A stretch of 64,000 nt of DNA from Tubiluchus corallicola (GCA_030141605.1 JAQGDQ010000517.1:62001-126000); one strand, 5' to 3'; numbered from the stretch's first letter, positions 23,955 through 37,157 are shown. Notes: a model not told the origin generated them from the sequence alone. Made by a program: numbers and translations.

Positions 23955-25778
23955 GTATAATTTATAGACCAATCTAGCAAATGTGCAACCCGCATTGCTG
24001 TTTAAAGGGCCCAGGGTTTTAGTAAATTGTGCTGTTACTACAGTCAGGTATAGTATTTACGTTGATGAGTTACAAAAGTTGTAGTATAATAGTAAATGAC
24101 GACGACAACTACGACGATGCGGCGGTGGCGACTGCCGACAACAACGCCTTGCAAATTAAATTACCTGTTCATTGTTTCAAGTTTGTTACGAGCTTCACAT
24201 AAAGATTTTGTTCTTCATTAACTACAAAATACTATAAAAAATTACTGTACAAATCAATGAAAAACAAAAACGCGGGGGAGAGCGTGAAGAGTCTTAGCTA
24301 TCTAAGCACGTTTATTTTATCGATTAATCATTTGTTAAAATTAGAAAGCTTTAATCTATTTTTTGAAAAGTTTAAATTGCCGCTGTGTTAGAGGTGCATC
24401 AGGACTCCCATCTTTGTTCAGTTCTTTCTGGAATTAAATTTAGATATAAATCTCATGGTATTGAAACACGGTAGGCTACGTAAGAATGTTGTAAAAATCG
24501 TTGTAAATAATGTGCGAACCTGAAGAAACACGTAAAACTATAATTAAAAATGATACCACACTCTTTATTCAAAAATACCAGAATAATTAATAATATACAC
24601 ATAAGGATACAACAAACAAGCTTAGATACATCTCAAATAAAATTTATTCTTCTCGATTTATATCTTGATAAGCTGAATGTATACATATACGTATAACTAT
24701 TTATAATTTTCAATAATAGTATAATTTGTAATCACATCAATTAAGGTAAATAAATAAATAAAGGTTGTACTGTGTATGCTAAAATAAATACAACTATCAC
24801 TATTTTTTTGATTTTGTCACTGCTAGGTGATTTAACGAAGATACAGTAAATGAAAGAAGTTTACTTTAAATTGTCTATTTCTTAATACAGTATCCCTATT
24901 TAAATGTGTTTTCAAAAACCGCATATTTAAATTTGAGAGCAATTACAATCTAATGCAGGAAAATGTCAGAAAATACTGTCGAGCTATGATAAAGTGGCTT
25001 AGTAGAATTGTTGACAGGCGACCAAAATCCGTTCATCTGCAGAGAGTGACAGTAGAGAGGTAATGACATTTCACAAGATGTCTAATAACATTTTCAACTG
25101 TCTGGGGATTAACTACACAACCAAGTTTTTATTTACTTATCTAACAAGAGGGGAGCGTATTTTTCGCCAAAATACGCGGTAAATAAGTCCGCCATGACTG
25201 TAACTAAAATTGCCTCATCTACTACAACCAAATTAGTAGGTGGTGCTTGAAGACTTACCATATACTGCGAAGTACAAATATAGAACGACAGAAAACTATA
25301 TATCGTAATCTGCAATAATTTGTTGTTTTGGTTAATCTTGCAGGTAAGCAGGATAAGGTAGCTAACTATATAGATAGCCATTTATCTCTAGAAAATTTAT
25401 ATATTTATATTATAGCGATTTGACATGATTTCTAGTGCAGTCATAGTCATTAGATATAGTCATTAGGCATAGGTTTATTGTCGAATTTGTCTAAGTTTGC
25501 AGCTTTTGTAATAAAGGTTTGAGCAAAGTAATACCACGCAAATAAGTCCTTATAAAATCAATTGAGTTATGATCGAAATGACAATAATAGCTATTCTAGT
25601 GTTGTTCTTGTGCATTTGTAAAAATTTCTAATGTAAATTCCCTCATTGACTTTTAGCAACAGGTGGCTGTAGGTTCGTATTTTACTGATGCCTGTAAGAG
25701 CACTGAAGAACGTTTACTTTTCAGTTTTGGTAATCAAGGACGCCATATCCTTCTTCGAGCCTAAAAATTTAATACCAT

Positions 25779-26045
25779 TTAGCGTCGGCCGAGTCCGAAC
25801 GATAAAAACTTCTTACACCAGTCGGTGACGCCATGTTGACCCTGGCAGCAAAAGTGGAAAGCTTTTTGAGATCCCGATACTCGAGCGCATGTCTCACACA
25901 TGTCGGCGTCTACGCAGTCGTTCCTCATTGCTCTCATATCCCGGAAGAATTCTTCCCATTCTTCACCGTACGCGTATGTCTGAGCAATCACGCAGAGAAT
26001 TCCAACAAACGCGAAGAGACAAATGACATTTGTTCGCTGATTCAT
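25779..26045 (-). CDS. Secreted six-cysteine peptide precursor (neuropeptide- or toxin-like), 88 aa, whole CDS in one exon
   Basis: Acceptor tgttcttgcag|ATG; hydrophobic signal MNQRTNVICLFAFVGILCVIAQTYA; acidic pro-region ending RAMR; C-x5-C-x2-C-x12-CC-x9-C; C-terminus FGL-G-RR*. AATAAA on the minus strand at 24569-24564. Confidence 0.85.
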   Translation of the reverse strand: MNQRTNVICLFAFVGILCVIAQTYAYGEEWEEFFRDMRAMRNDCVDADMCETCARVSGSQKAFHFCCQGQHGVTDWCKKFLSFGLGRR

Positions 26046-26416
26046 CTGCAAGAACAAACAAACAAAGGTTACCCGTATAATCATCAATGAGCTGCGTGAA
26101 GGTGACATTTAATTTAGTTGCAGACAGCACTGAAAGGTAAAACATTCGTAGAAATCTCCAGGGTTCTATTAAATGCACAAGTGGAAAAAAAGAAAAAAAT
26201 GTGACAACAGTTACTGTGAACTAAGCTATAGAGAGATGTCTGCAGCGTCTGCAGATTTTGCTGACGATCTGTCGTTTCAAATTTCATTTTTATAATAATA
26301 GTCCAACCGCTACCGTCTATAGAGCAATGTTTAGTTTTGCTGACACGTTTTACAATGCCTTTGCATGCTGATTTCCTATACAAAATAAGTTACAGTGTTT
26401 TATTACAGTGGCTATA

Positions 26417-26580
26417 GGTCGAAGGACCGCCAGACAAAGGCAACTGGTCAAAGAATCAGCACGGACAAAAGACCAACTGTCAATAAAACACCAGATAAAG
26501 GACCACTGATCAAAGATTCACCTGAAAAAACAAAGAACCACAAAATAAAAACTAGGAGACCACGCAAATGTGAACCGAAA
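26417..26580 (+). repeat. Degenerate GGACAAAAGACC-type short-unit array (terminus of a foldback/MULE-like element)
   Basis: Repeated gacaaa..acc units spaced ~15-20 bp apart. Confidence 0.4.
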
Positions 26581-29500
26581 TACCATTTGAGATACACGTT
26601 GCTTTATATAACCTGTTTATACAACGCGTTCTACAAACGGGTTATACATTATAACAATTATAATTATTTGCAGTGGTTAAACTATAACGTACTGCACTAT
26701 TTATTTGTCAGTACTTTCTACTCCGTAGGCCAAAATGCATTATGCATTGAGTACGGTACTATAAATTAAAAAATTGAACATTTCAAAAATTAAAAAATGT
26801 CAAAAAGTGTAAAAAAGTTGAAGCTTAACTTTACTAGGTTTAACAAAACAGTTTAGAAATTGTATCTTATATTTACAGATGTACTAATGTATAACTGACA
26901 ATAGTTACCGACTAACCGAAACATCTAGTTTTAATCGAGATTTTCTAGCTACAATTATTTAATTGGATAGATAATTATTTAACTAGATATTTAACTGGAA
27001 AATATTCATTTAAAAACAGAACATCTTTTCTCAGACTTAGACATCATTTAAGCTGACAACCTTCACATTTGATGTCCTAACAACTGCGTCTGTAATCAGT
27101 AGAAGAAAGAAATCGGTAGTACAGAGCAAAGTTTGTTTTTATAAGAACAGCGCACCTGCAAGAAGTTTTGACTGCAGTGATGTGGCTGCAAATGTTGCAA
27201 GAATGATCGGAGTCTGTCGCCAACAGACGCTAATAAGATCACATAGAAATAGCACGTTTCTTGCAACGAGCTGCAAACATTGAAACATTTTCCGATAACG
27301 ACAAATGATTTGTGATTGTCTTCTTTTTAGAAATCCGAAACGCCCCACAACATTTAATTATTCACATATTGTAGTAGTTTGAGCAAATACCAAACTATGA
27401 AAAGCCCGCGACGATAATTGAGCTAGCATCTGTTACGAAACGATGTTTTCCTATTAAAAACTCTCCCAAAAAATTCTCAAGCATACAAATACAAACGACA
27501 CTTCGTTAATGTTCTTTAAGGCTGTTTTATCTGTTAGTTTTTTGTACACCTTTGACCGCATGCCATTACGTTGTAAAAGACAGAAATGCCAGCGCAAAGT
27601 ATGTTCCGGCGCGCTTAAATCTGCTAATACCTATCTCTAAATTTAAATGCCTGCGGCAGAGCCGTAGCTCCTCTAGAATATTTAGAATAGATAGCTAAGA
27701 GAGATGTTCGAATGTATTCTCGATCCTCCTTCGCGAAATTAAATAGCAGGTGAGGTACAAGAAACTGCCCAAAATAGGTTTTCTTTGCTCGCCAAGCACG
27801 CACTATAGCTACTCCTCTCGTCTTCAATATGTAAGCAATGCTTGGGTGAATAGGTGTGGAGTGAATGTGGATCATATTTGCAAATACAAGCGTCCACATA
27901 TTGTTGACCGATGAGCAGGGGCTGATGGTGTTATGAGTTGTTGGTGTCAGTAATTGTGGCAGCGGTGATGATGGTAACAATGTCGATGACGATATAAATG
28001 TGGTTGCGGTAATATATTTTTACGTTTAAGATAATTTTTACCGCATTAATTGTAAGCTTCAAATGTATTGCCAGCATTGATAGTACTCAATTAGTACTAT
28101 TAACATTGACTACAGTAAATTTCAATAGTATTTCTTTCATTTGGTAACAAACTACATTAGTACAGAACACTACTTTCTCATTTTCTGTCTTATTTTTTAC
28201 ACCGAAGCGGCTTATTGGAAGGGCTTGTTGAATTAACTTACTTCTTACTAAAACTTTTCGACTCCCACACTTTCACGTGCTACGAGTCTACATCCATCGC
28301 TACATTTCTTGAATTTTATAGATACCTACTAAAATTAATGGTTTGGGCTTCTTGATGTTTTTAATTTTGCTTACTTCGCAGCTCTTCTAAAAATGTAAGA
28401 TCGTAACATGGATGACGTATGAGATAACTATTTTCCGACAGTTCGCAGCGCAGCCAATAATGACGCAGAATCGTGTAAACAGTGTGACTATGACACGCTT
28501 GTAATGAGACCCGCTGAATGGCCCCTGTGTTGGATATAGATAAGACAGATTACAATTGTAGGCCTGCTGTCTGTATACGTTTGCCCAACAGTGCCATCAA
28601 AGACCATCAAAGAGAACGAACCACTGACAAACAGTACAGCTAATTCACAAAGCTTATCTAGTCGATTCGCTTGCGAAAAGTCGCATGGGAGATTTAATTA
28701 AATGCTACAAAGGGACAATAATCTATGTTGAGTGAGCGTAAAATGAGCATCGTAATAAGTAAATACTAGACTTGCTCACTATGTATGTATATACTCCGTG
28801 CATAGTGATCATAAAACAGCTGCAACTTGCAATTGATATATGAGTTCACCCACAATCTTAGAAAAACGTAAAAAATATGAGTAATCATTTACCTTAAATT
28901 TAAAGTTTATGACCAGAAAAGTTTGACGGTAAACGTATAACGTAACTCGGCTTGTACAAAATCGAAGAGGCTTCAATAGTTAAATAGGTATAAGAGATGA
29001 TTTACTAATAGACAAATTCAGTATATCAACTTCCTAACGACAGTGATTCTTAAGAGATATACAAGTTTAAATATAAGAGGAATGCATTACATGACACAAT
29101 AGATAAACAAATTTCTCATAAAACAAAAGAGATTACAACTGACTATAGCAGAAGGAAGACATTTATTCGCCGCACTGCAAATGCAATTGTGTAAATTTTG
29201 TGTTTTTATTCATCTAACACTTATTGCAGTGGTTTCTTTTCTAATTATGTAAACTTTGCCTGAATTAGACTAATTGTTTGCTTTAGTTATGATCTTTTGC
29301 CGATATCTCGTGTATAAGGAACAATTTTTACAGAATCTCTTTCTAACTGTATTTCTACTTGTGTTCTAGTAACTTAAATTTCACTCTTTTGATTTTGTAA
29401 CGAATTTTTGTGCCTTGGTAGCTGTAGTGTCATAAATTTACTCATTATTTCATTTTGCTTAATTTCTAATATTGATAATGACATTTTTTGCCGAAAGGAT

Positions 29501-30698
29501 TCTCTGCACCCAATAACAGCATTTTGAGTTCTCCCAATACAAAATTTGTTACAGTCTTTGCAGCTAAAAACAAAAACAAACTGCAAAAAACTTCTAGATT
29601 AAATTTAAATGTTTTACTCATTTAATCAGATTCTGTCAGGCCAGTATCAAAAGAAGTAAAGCTAATCAGCTGGCCTATTTTAAATGCTATTTTACTCGAG
29701 TCACGCACTATACAGCATGGTTCTTTCTTTTATTTCTACACCTTTAAATAAAACAGGAACCCGCAACTTCACGGTAACAACATAACTTGTGACCTGAGTC
29801 ACTTATCTCAGTGAAATAACTTTTTGGAAAGTTGGATGGTAAGTCTGTGAAAGCTCAATGAGAGAGCAACGTTGTTTTCAGGATTGGTACTTTGCACTAT
29901 CCTCGACTTCAATGATTATATCAGTTACTAACCACAATGTTCAGTACACTTGTAATGTCTACTAAAGGTGTGTTTGCTATGGTGGTGTATCTTCGTCCAA
30001 TATGCCATCAGACAGAACTGAATCACTAAAAGGGACTGTATTATTTATGACTGCATTAATAAAGCTCCACTATTATAGAATGTCAAGGCAAAGTGTCACA
30101 ATTAATGTACTGCGATTCTTCGATTCTTTTTTATGTCCAGAGTACAGCTCTGTCTCAGGGCTGATTTTATATGAGAATTCTCTGCTATCACCCCTGAGAT
30201 TCCAAAAATTCAGTAACTCTTTTATTCTTGTTTTTTGTTTCAACAGAGCAGAGAAAGAAAACAGATAATAAATACCAAGCGTAGCTCTAATGCCACTAGA
30301 CATGCAGATGTATTATTACAATGATGATCGCTCAAAGCACTTGAAGACCCATGTGTTAGCATGCTCCGGTAGTTAAAGTCTGTGTTAAGTATCTAAGCAG
30401 TCTAATCAGAACAACTAATAATTACTTATGTGCCAAGTAGCAAACTACCTTTGAGTTCTCAGCTCATCAGCCGAGTCTGTTTGCAACAGCAACAGGTGAC
30501 AAATAAAAGCAACTAGAACTGAGATTAGTCTTCTGCGTAGTCTAGTCGCTGATGTATAAGAGTGATTACAGTCAAGCAATCCATGTATAATAATTACAGA
30601 TGTTCTGACAGTTAGTATTACCGCTATGCCTAATAACTGAAAATCGCTTACACTCATTGCGGTAACAGGAAATATGAACAGGGTAACATGATGACATG

Positions 30699-30888
30699 AT
30701 ACAAGAGGGGAGAATATAAAAAAAATGAGGACATATCGCACGTTCAAAAAGGAATACCGACTTGAAAACTATTTATCAGAGGGGAGAATATTTCCCTGTT
30801 ACCCTAATACAAGAGGGGAGAATATCAAAATAAAATGAGGACATATCGCACGTTCAAAAAGGAATACCGACTTGAAAACTATTTATCA
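30699..30888 (+). repeat. Locally duplicated ~80-bp LINE C-terminal fragment (KMRTYRTFKKEYRLENYLS twice)
   Basis: atacaagaggggagaatat...gaaaactatttatca at 30699 and 30807. Confidence 0.8.
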
Positions 30889-32250
30889 CTTAACGCCGCA
30901 AGGCAGCTAGGCTATAATAGATTACACTAAATATAGGATAATCGCCCGTAATTTGGCCATTGAATGTAACACTGCTGTGATAACTATTTTTAATATTTGT
31001 ATGAATTAATTGTTATTCTGTACGCTCGAGCCACAATATTCCTTTGTAAGGAGATTTTGTCTCTAGTAAACGTTTCTTTCACTGTTGCTTTAATATTTCT
31101 CGTTTATTTGTCTGTAATGTAAATGTATGTAATAGTGGTTTAATAAACTAACAAACATATTAGCTCAATTGGCTTGATCAGCTCATCTGCGGCAATTTTT
31201 TATTTTAGTGAAATCTGTTTTCATATCTTTTTGTAAGCTATAAAGCTATAAAAATATCAACGCACCCTTCTGATAGTTTAATAAAACCAATCGCATTAAA
31301 TGCCTCAGAGTGTTGCTCCCCCTTTTCATTTAATAGAAAGCAAATATTGAAAAATAATGAAATTACAGATGAAAATATATACGATGATTTACCCATGGAA
31401 TTACTTGACGTAAAGTTATGTTAGTTTGTCTTGGAGTCAATAAATTTTCCGTTAATCATGCAGTCAGGGGAGAGCTGGGTCGTTTCCCTCTATACGTAGA
31501 CGTTATAATTAGGACAATAAAATACTGGCTTAAAATACTGAACTCTCCACAAAATACATTAATACACAAAACCTACGAAGAAAATAAAAATCTCTTTAAC
31601 CAAAATACGGGATGTTGGTTACAATTTGTCAGAAACATTTTCCGTCACTTGGGCTTTTCTCATATTTGGGAACAGCAGGGGGGCTGATCAAATTAAACCT
31701 TTTCTACATGATTTAAAGGAGAAACTACAAACATATTATAAAATTTACTGGAAGGAATGTTACAAAAGAAACGCGCAAAACAGGCGAAACTAATAAACTA
31801 CGAACCTGTACAAAATTTAAGCAAGAATTTATAGCCGAAAAGTATTTTCTTTTTGTACATAATCACGTATTAAGATGGAACTTTACTAAACTGCCAACTT
31901 GCATATAGAAAAAGGCCGACATTGTATACCCAAAGTACCTGTTAACAATCGAATGTGTAAACACTGTAATGAAGGGAAAATTGAAGATGAAATGCATTTT
32001 GTACTTGACTGTAAAAATTACTATGAGCTAAGGTCAAATTTATTCAGTATAGCGAAAATTTTTCCTGCTTTTATTAATCTACCTATGGACCAAAAATTTA
32101 TTTTGATGTTAAGAGGTAGTGATTTTGAAATGACAAATTTAGTGTCAAAATACACTACTGAGAGTCTTATAAAACAAAATTTACAAAATTGAGCTTGCCT
32201 GTTGTTTTATTTAATAGTGTTAGATCTTCATTATATACAATAATTCTAAC

Positions 32251-33529
32251 TTTCTTACCTTAGTCCTTCCTGCGCATTGATGCACATTGAGCAGACAGCA
32301 TTTTCCACTGAGTTCTATCGGCGGCTTCGTTCTCTACGTTTTCCCAACGTCTGTTGACAGCTCGAAGGTCTTCTTTGAAGGATCTGCGCCACGTTGTTTT
32401 TGGCCGACCTCTTTTTCGTTTCCCACCAGGTGGTTCCCACTGTACTGCTGTTTTGGCGTAGCGACTTTCTGATAGACGGAGAATATGTCCAGCCAGTTTC
32501 ATTCTTCTCTCTGTAACTATATCTTGTAACCGCAATGACTGCGCTCGTTGAAGAACTTCTACATTGGTGACATGGTCGCGGTAGGAGATTTTTAGTATCT
32601 TTCGAAGGCATTTTTGGTGGAAGACGTTCAGTTTCTTTGATAACTCCGCTGTGACTTTCCAGGTTTCGCTGGCATAGAGAGCCGTTGGCAGCACAATGGC
32701 GTTGTACAGACGAAGTTTGATTTTCATGTCAATTTTCTTGCTTGTCCAGATTTTTCCCATCTTCCTAAATACTGCTGTTGCTTTGCCGATTCTCCCCCTG
32801 ATGTCATTTTCTGTACCTCCATTACAGGTCATCACACTGCCCAGATATGAAAAACTGGTAACGTTCTTAACCATTTGGCCTCCCACTGTTATATGTACAT
32901 CATTCTGTTGGTTTGTCCACACTTTCAAAACTTTGGTCTTTTCTTGACTAATTCTCAATCCAATTTTTCCCGCTACTTCTTCCATACTTGTGGTCAGTTG
33001 TTGCAGGCTTTCTTTTGATGTTTCCAGAAGAGCTATATCGTCAGCAAAGTCCAGATCTGCCAATCGTTGTTGTTGTTTCCATTGCATTCCTAGATCTTTA
33101 CCATCAACCGCCTTGTTCATGATGAAATCAATCGTCAGTAGGAACAGGAATGGCGACATAATGCAACCCTGCTTAACTCCAGTTTCGATGGTGAAATACT
33201 CGGTGTTTCCCTCTTGTGTTCTTATACAACAGCCGCTGTTTTGGTAAAAGTTCTGGATGGTTGAAATGAATTTCTGTGGGATACCATACAGAGAAGCAAT
33301 TTTCCATAGAGACTGCCTGTGAACAGAGTCAAAAGCCTTCTTGAAATCAATAAAATTGATTAATAAGGGCTGTTGGAATTCCATACATTGCTCAATGATG
33401 TTTCTGAGAGTGAATATCTGTTCACAGCATGATCTTCCTTTTCTAAATCCAGCTTGTTGTTCTCTTAGTCTTATATCAGCAGCATCTCTCAACCGATCTA
33501 GCAGCACTATACTCAGGACTTTTCCAGGT
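32251..33529 (-). mobile_element. 5'-truncated RTE-clade non-LTR retrotransposon with an uninterrupted RT/C-terminal ORF (32260-33507)
   Basis: QAGFRKGRSC, FIDFKKAFDS, GVKQGC, LDFADD, RGRPKTTW; very short 3' tail; 11-bp TSD ataattctaac at 32240-32250 and 33530-33540. Confidence 0.95.
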
Positions 33530-33708
33530 ATAATTCTAACGCTTCACTTTAAATATAGGTTACCATTTTGTAAAATGTAATTTTAATATAATACTATGCT
33601 CTACGGTATAAATTTGTTGGAAAATGTAATTGCAATTCTAAAATTCGTTGTGTACTAAACTTTGTAAAATAACTTAACATATATTTAATCGCTGTAAATA
33701 CCGTTTAC

Positions 33709-33714
33709 TATTAC

Positions 33715-33800
<86 letters not shown>
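33709..33800. repeat. (TAT)n microsatellite
   Basis: Read directly. Confidence 0.97.
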
Positions 33801-33989
33801 GTGTGTTTTATTGTGTATTGTGTTGACGATTATACCCCATGTGGGGTTTTTGGCTGTGTAGTGCATTGCTTATGTAATGTTTTGTAACTTCTTATTGCAA
33901 TTGTAATTGTATGGATTGCAAATCGTCAATAAATTATATCATCTTTTTGAACAGCTAGTAAGCCAATCGGCGCATATGAATCGATAGAT

Positions 33990-34890
33990 GCACGACAAAA
34001 ATGGCATTGGTAAAAATGGCATAGGGAAAAAATGGCACAGGAGTAAATGGCATAAATGGAAAAATAAGAAATATGGTACATTTATAAAATACTGTGGTGG
34101 TCACTATAAGGGTCACTGTGGTAACTATTTTACTTAATTTTATCTCTGCTAAAGAAGTTATGCTCCAACAAAAACTAACAAATTAACAGATTTCCATGAA
34201 ACTTTGTGGAGAAAGTGGGTATAGGGGACAAGAAATATGCATTCTGACGCAGATTCCGGGACAGGGGAAAGGGTGAAAGCTGCCAAAATGGACAAAACGC
34301 ACAAGAAACATTCGTGAAGCACTTCGAGGAGGTCTCAGAGCTCTTTGGAAAGAAGACGAGATAGGGTAATTCTCTTTTTATTTTCTCTACCGGAACAAAC
34401 AATTCTGAGTTAGTTCCAAGTTCCATTCCGAGAAATTCTCGCTTGGAAAGGATTGTAATGCTGGCTATACTTTGCTTATACATGTACATACAATTATAAG
34501 CTGATTTAGTACGTAAATGTGTGCATCTGTCAGTCTATTACAATTGCCAAATGGTTAAAGAAATGTATCCAAACACTCAGTGCCATGTTTGTGCATTATT
34601 GATTATAATTCTGTTTAATGAACACACTTTTTCTAGTCTGTATAATACTTATACAGGTATATTTTTGTATAGTTTTTGATTTTCATTGTTTCGCGTTTTT
34701 TTTCTATCAAAAAAAATCAGAGGAGCATGTTTAGATTTTTCGACCTTAGCAGGCACTGCTTTTTAATAAGCGCATTCTAGATTTATTATAAAATTTATTT
34801 GCGTCACGTATGTGCCATTTTTTCTATTCTTCCAATTGTGCCATTTTTTTCCTTTGACATATTTATCTGTGCAATTTTTACTACATCTTG
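33990..34890. mobile_element. Non-autonomous foldback-like DNA element with inverted AAAAATGGCA subterminal arrays
   Basis: AAAAATGGCA repeated at 33997-34080 and TGCCATTTTT repeated at 34813-34885. Confidence 0.65.
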
Positions 34891-36074
34891 TGTAGACCCT
34901 ATTGAACTCAGACATCCCACAACTAATGAAAGAATTCTGTACTCATCAATGAATTAGACATGGAAGCATGAATCACAATTCTCCCCCCCCCCCCGTTCTC
35001 GATCCTGGTCTCATTTCTTTTGCAATAATATTTGTTCATCAAATAAAAAACAATTCTTACCTTACTTAAGCCATTTTACATTTCCACATCGCCAAAGATA
35101 TCAGAAGTGCTCTCTTTACCTAATCTATCAACTCTAATTTTGTTACGTGTAATCAAACTTCCGCTGCCATACAAACTTAGTATTAGTATACATTCTAAAT
35201 AAAACGAGATCTCTAAAATGTGTTCATCGTATGCGACAAATTTTTATCAACATTTTAGCATACGTATAACATTGTAAACGTAAAGGTTTCAATCGGCAAC
35301 GCGTAGCCATAATATTGCAAGCTATAAAACATTTTAAAAATGTCTTGCCCTATTACCCTTACCTTACATTAATTTCAGAATTAACTTACTGGGCGTCATA
35401 TTACTTTTCACACTGTCCCACTTTTGAAAACTGATCAACATGACATAAGCATGAAACTGAACCTATCTAACAAAAGATGTCACTGTTTTCCTATTATTCA
35501 GCTTACTTATTACGTAGTTTATTATGCTTACGAAAATGTCGCCAAAATTGTTTATCACATCTTTTAAAGCACGAGAATGCACGCTTCATAAGTAAAACTT
35601 AAAAAATTTATTTTTAAATTTTATACCACTTACATGCTGTCTTATTGCACACAGGCATTGCGTTATTAGCAACACCCTATAAAAACTTCTAAATTTAAAC
35701 TCCTACAATTACCGTAGCCGCAGACATTTTAATGTTAAGTCGTTTGAAACAAGTTTAGATAACACTGCGTAAAGTTTGAAAAAATAATTAATCAGAGCAT
35801 TCGTAGAACACACTTTTCGCTAGCTAAGCAAAAGTTTAATTACTTTATATTGTCAGTAAGACCAATAGGATGTTTGTTTTTTTGGTGAATCAGTCGTGCA
35901 CACTGTTTTATGAGGTGACGCGAATATTTTAAATTATTAAGAATTTTCTTTTACACTTACGTAAGTTTTTCTAGCAGTAAGCGTAATGCTAAGTAATGCA
36001 TAACTTTGTATGAAAAGTATTGGGGATATATTTTAAGATTCCCTTTTCTTCCCCTTAATAAATTAACTGCGTGT

Positions 36075-36330
36075 GATTATCGAGTAAAGTTAAGCAACGT
36101 TGAGGTTGGCTAGTACATGGATAGGTGATTTCACAAAACTCATTCTATGTTTTTCCAACCGTCAAACTGAGCCCCAGCTATTTACCACGTTGAGGAGAGA
36201 TGTATACACATCTGCGCTTTTCTAAGGCACCACTGGCGGTTAAAGGCTTGTTTTAAAGGATTATACCTTATAACGACCTAGGCTCCAGTATCGTAGCAGT
36301 CCATTATCCCCTGCTGTTGAGCTATAAAAG
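36075..36330 (+). mobile_element. Decayed SINE with a 5S rRNA-derived segment
   Basis: aagttaagcaacgttgaggttggctagtacatggataggtga resembles the 5S box A to box C region; followed by an aactgagcc core-like segment. Confidence 0.55.
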
Positions 36331-36410
36331 TTAAGTTGCGTCTACATGCATTCAAAGCATCTTGTTCATCTTGTTCTGCATAAAAGCTGATTTCCCGTTG
36401 ACTCCTTTAG

Positions 36411-36575
36411 GCACTGAGGAAGAAGTATGATGAGGTTGAGGATACTGAGGTTGAGGATATTAAGGTTGAGAACACGGAGAGAGCGCCAATGTCGCAAGCG
36501 AATATGTATAACGTGTTAACGTCTTTTGACATGAAAGACGAAGCATTAAAGGCTGTTCTCTGTAAATGCGTATAG
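36411..36575 (+). other. Coding-like segment ALRKKYDEVEDTEVEDIKVENTERAPMSQANMYNVLTSFDMKDEALKAVLCKCV*, unassigned
   Basis: Follows the acceptor-like gactcctttag|; purine-rich, acidic codons; no partner exon found. Confidence 0.22.
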
Positions 36576-36702
36576 CTCGAGATGGTACATAGACCCGCTA
36601 CATGTGTGAAAACAATTAACTCTGCAGACATGGTTCGACCAGACATTTAGTCAAATCGTGCAATTTTCTTTTATGATTTAAACCGGTCAATCTGCTCAGT
36701 CA

Positions 36703-37157
36703 CGCTGGCGAACTGTACCACTGGCGAACTGAAACGTTTTGTTAAAGAAAAGGTAATAACATGTAACAGAAAAAAATTGCTGCCGAAATGTTCTACTGGG
36801 GAAGTGCGTACTGCCGAACTGAAACATTTCACGAAAGGATAACGCAATAACATAGTGAAGAAATTGTGCTAAATAAATGTTCCACTTGATTACTAAAATA
36901 TTCCGTTAAAGGAATGAACAAAGAAATTTACTAGAGAAATATTTAAAGAACTTGAGAACTGAAAACAATTTGTTAACTGATAAGGTAACGACATAGCACA
37001 GCAATTTTACTAGCGAAGTATGTACTGGCGAACAGTAAAACTGGTGAACTGTACCACCGGCGAACTATACCACTGGCGAACTATGCTACTTTCGAAGTGT
37101 GCCACTGACGAACTGTACGGCCGGCGAGATGTCAACTGGCGAAGTGCCTGGATACGA
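36703..37157 (+). repeat. ACTGGCGAACTG short-unit array (terminus of a foldback/MULE-like element)
   Basis: Many ctggcgaact/ggcgaagt units, ending ggcgaagtgcctggatacg. Confidence 0.6.

Larger units (their letters stand above)
31250..33935 (+). mobile_element. 3' part of an L2/Crack/Daphne-type LINE (decayed ORF2 end and 3' UTR), split by the RTE insertion
   Basis: LGVNKFSVNHAVRGELGRFPL..IKYWLKI and LHIEKGRH..RMCKHC..IEDEMHFVLDC. The UTR resumes after 33540 and runs to AATAAA near 33928. Confidence 0.85.

Noticed and set aside
30430-30485. Hammerhead-like CTGATGAG...CTCAAA on the minus strand
   Set aside because: The GAAA core is incomplete, and there is no NUH site or stem I pairing
32287-33580. 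Several short ORFs overlapping the RT
   Set aside because: Antisense and alternate-frame shadows of the RTE ORF
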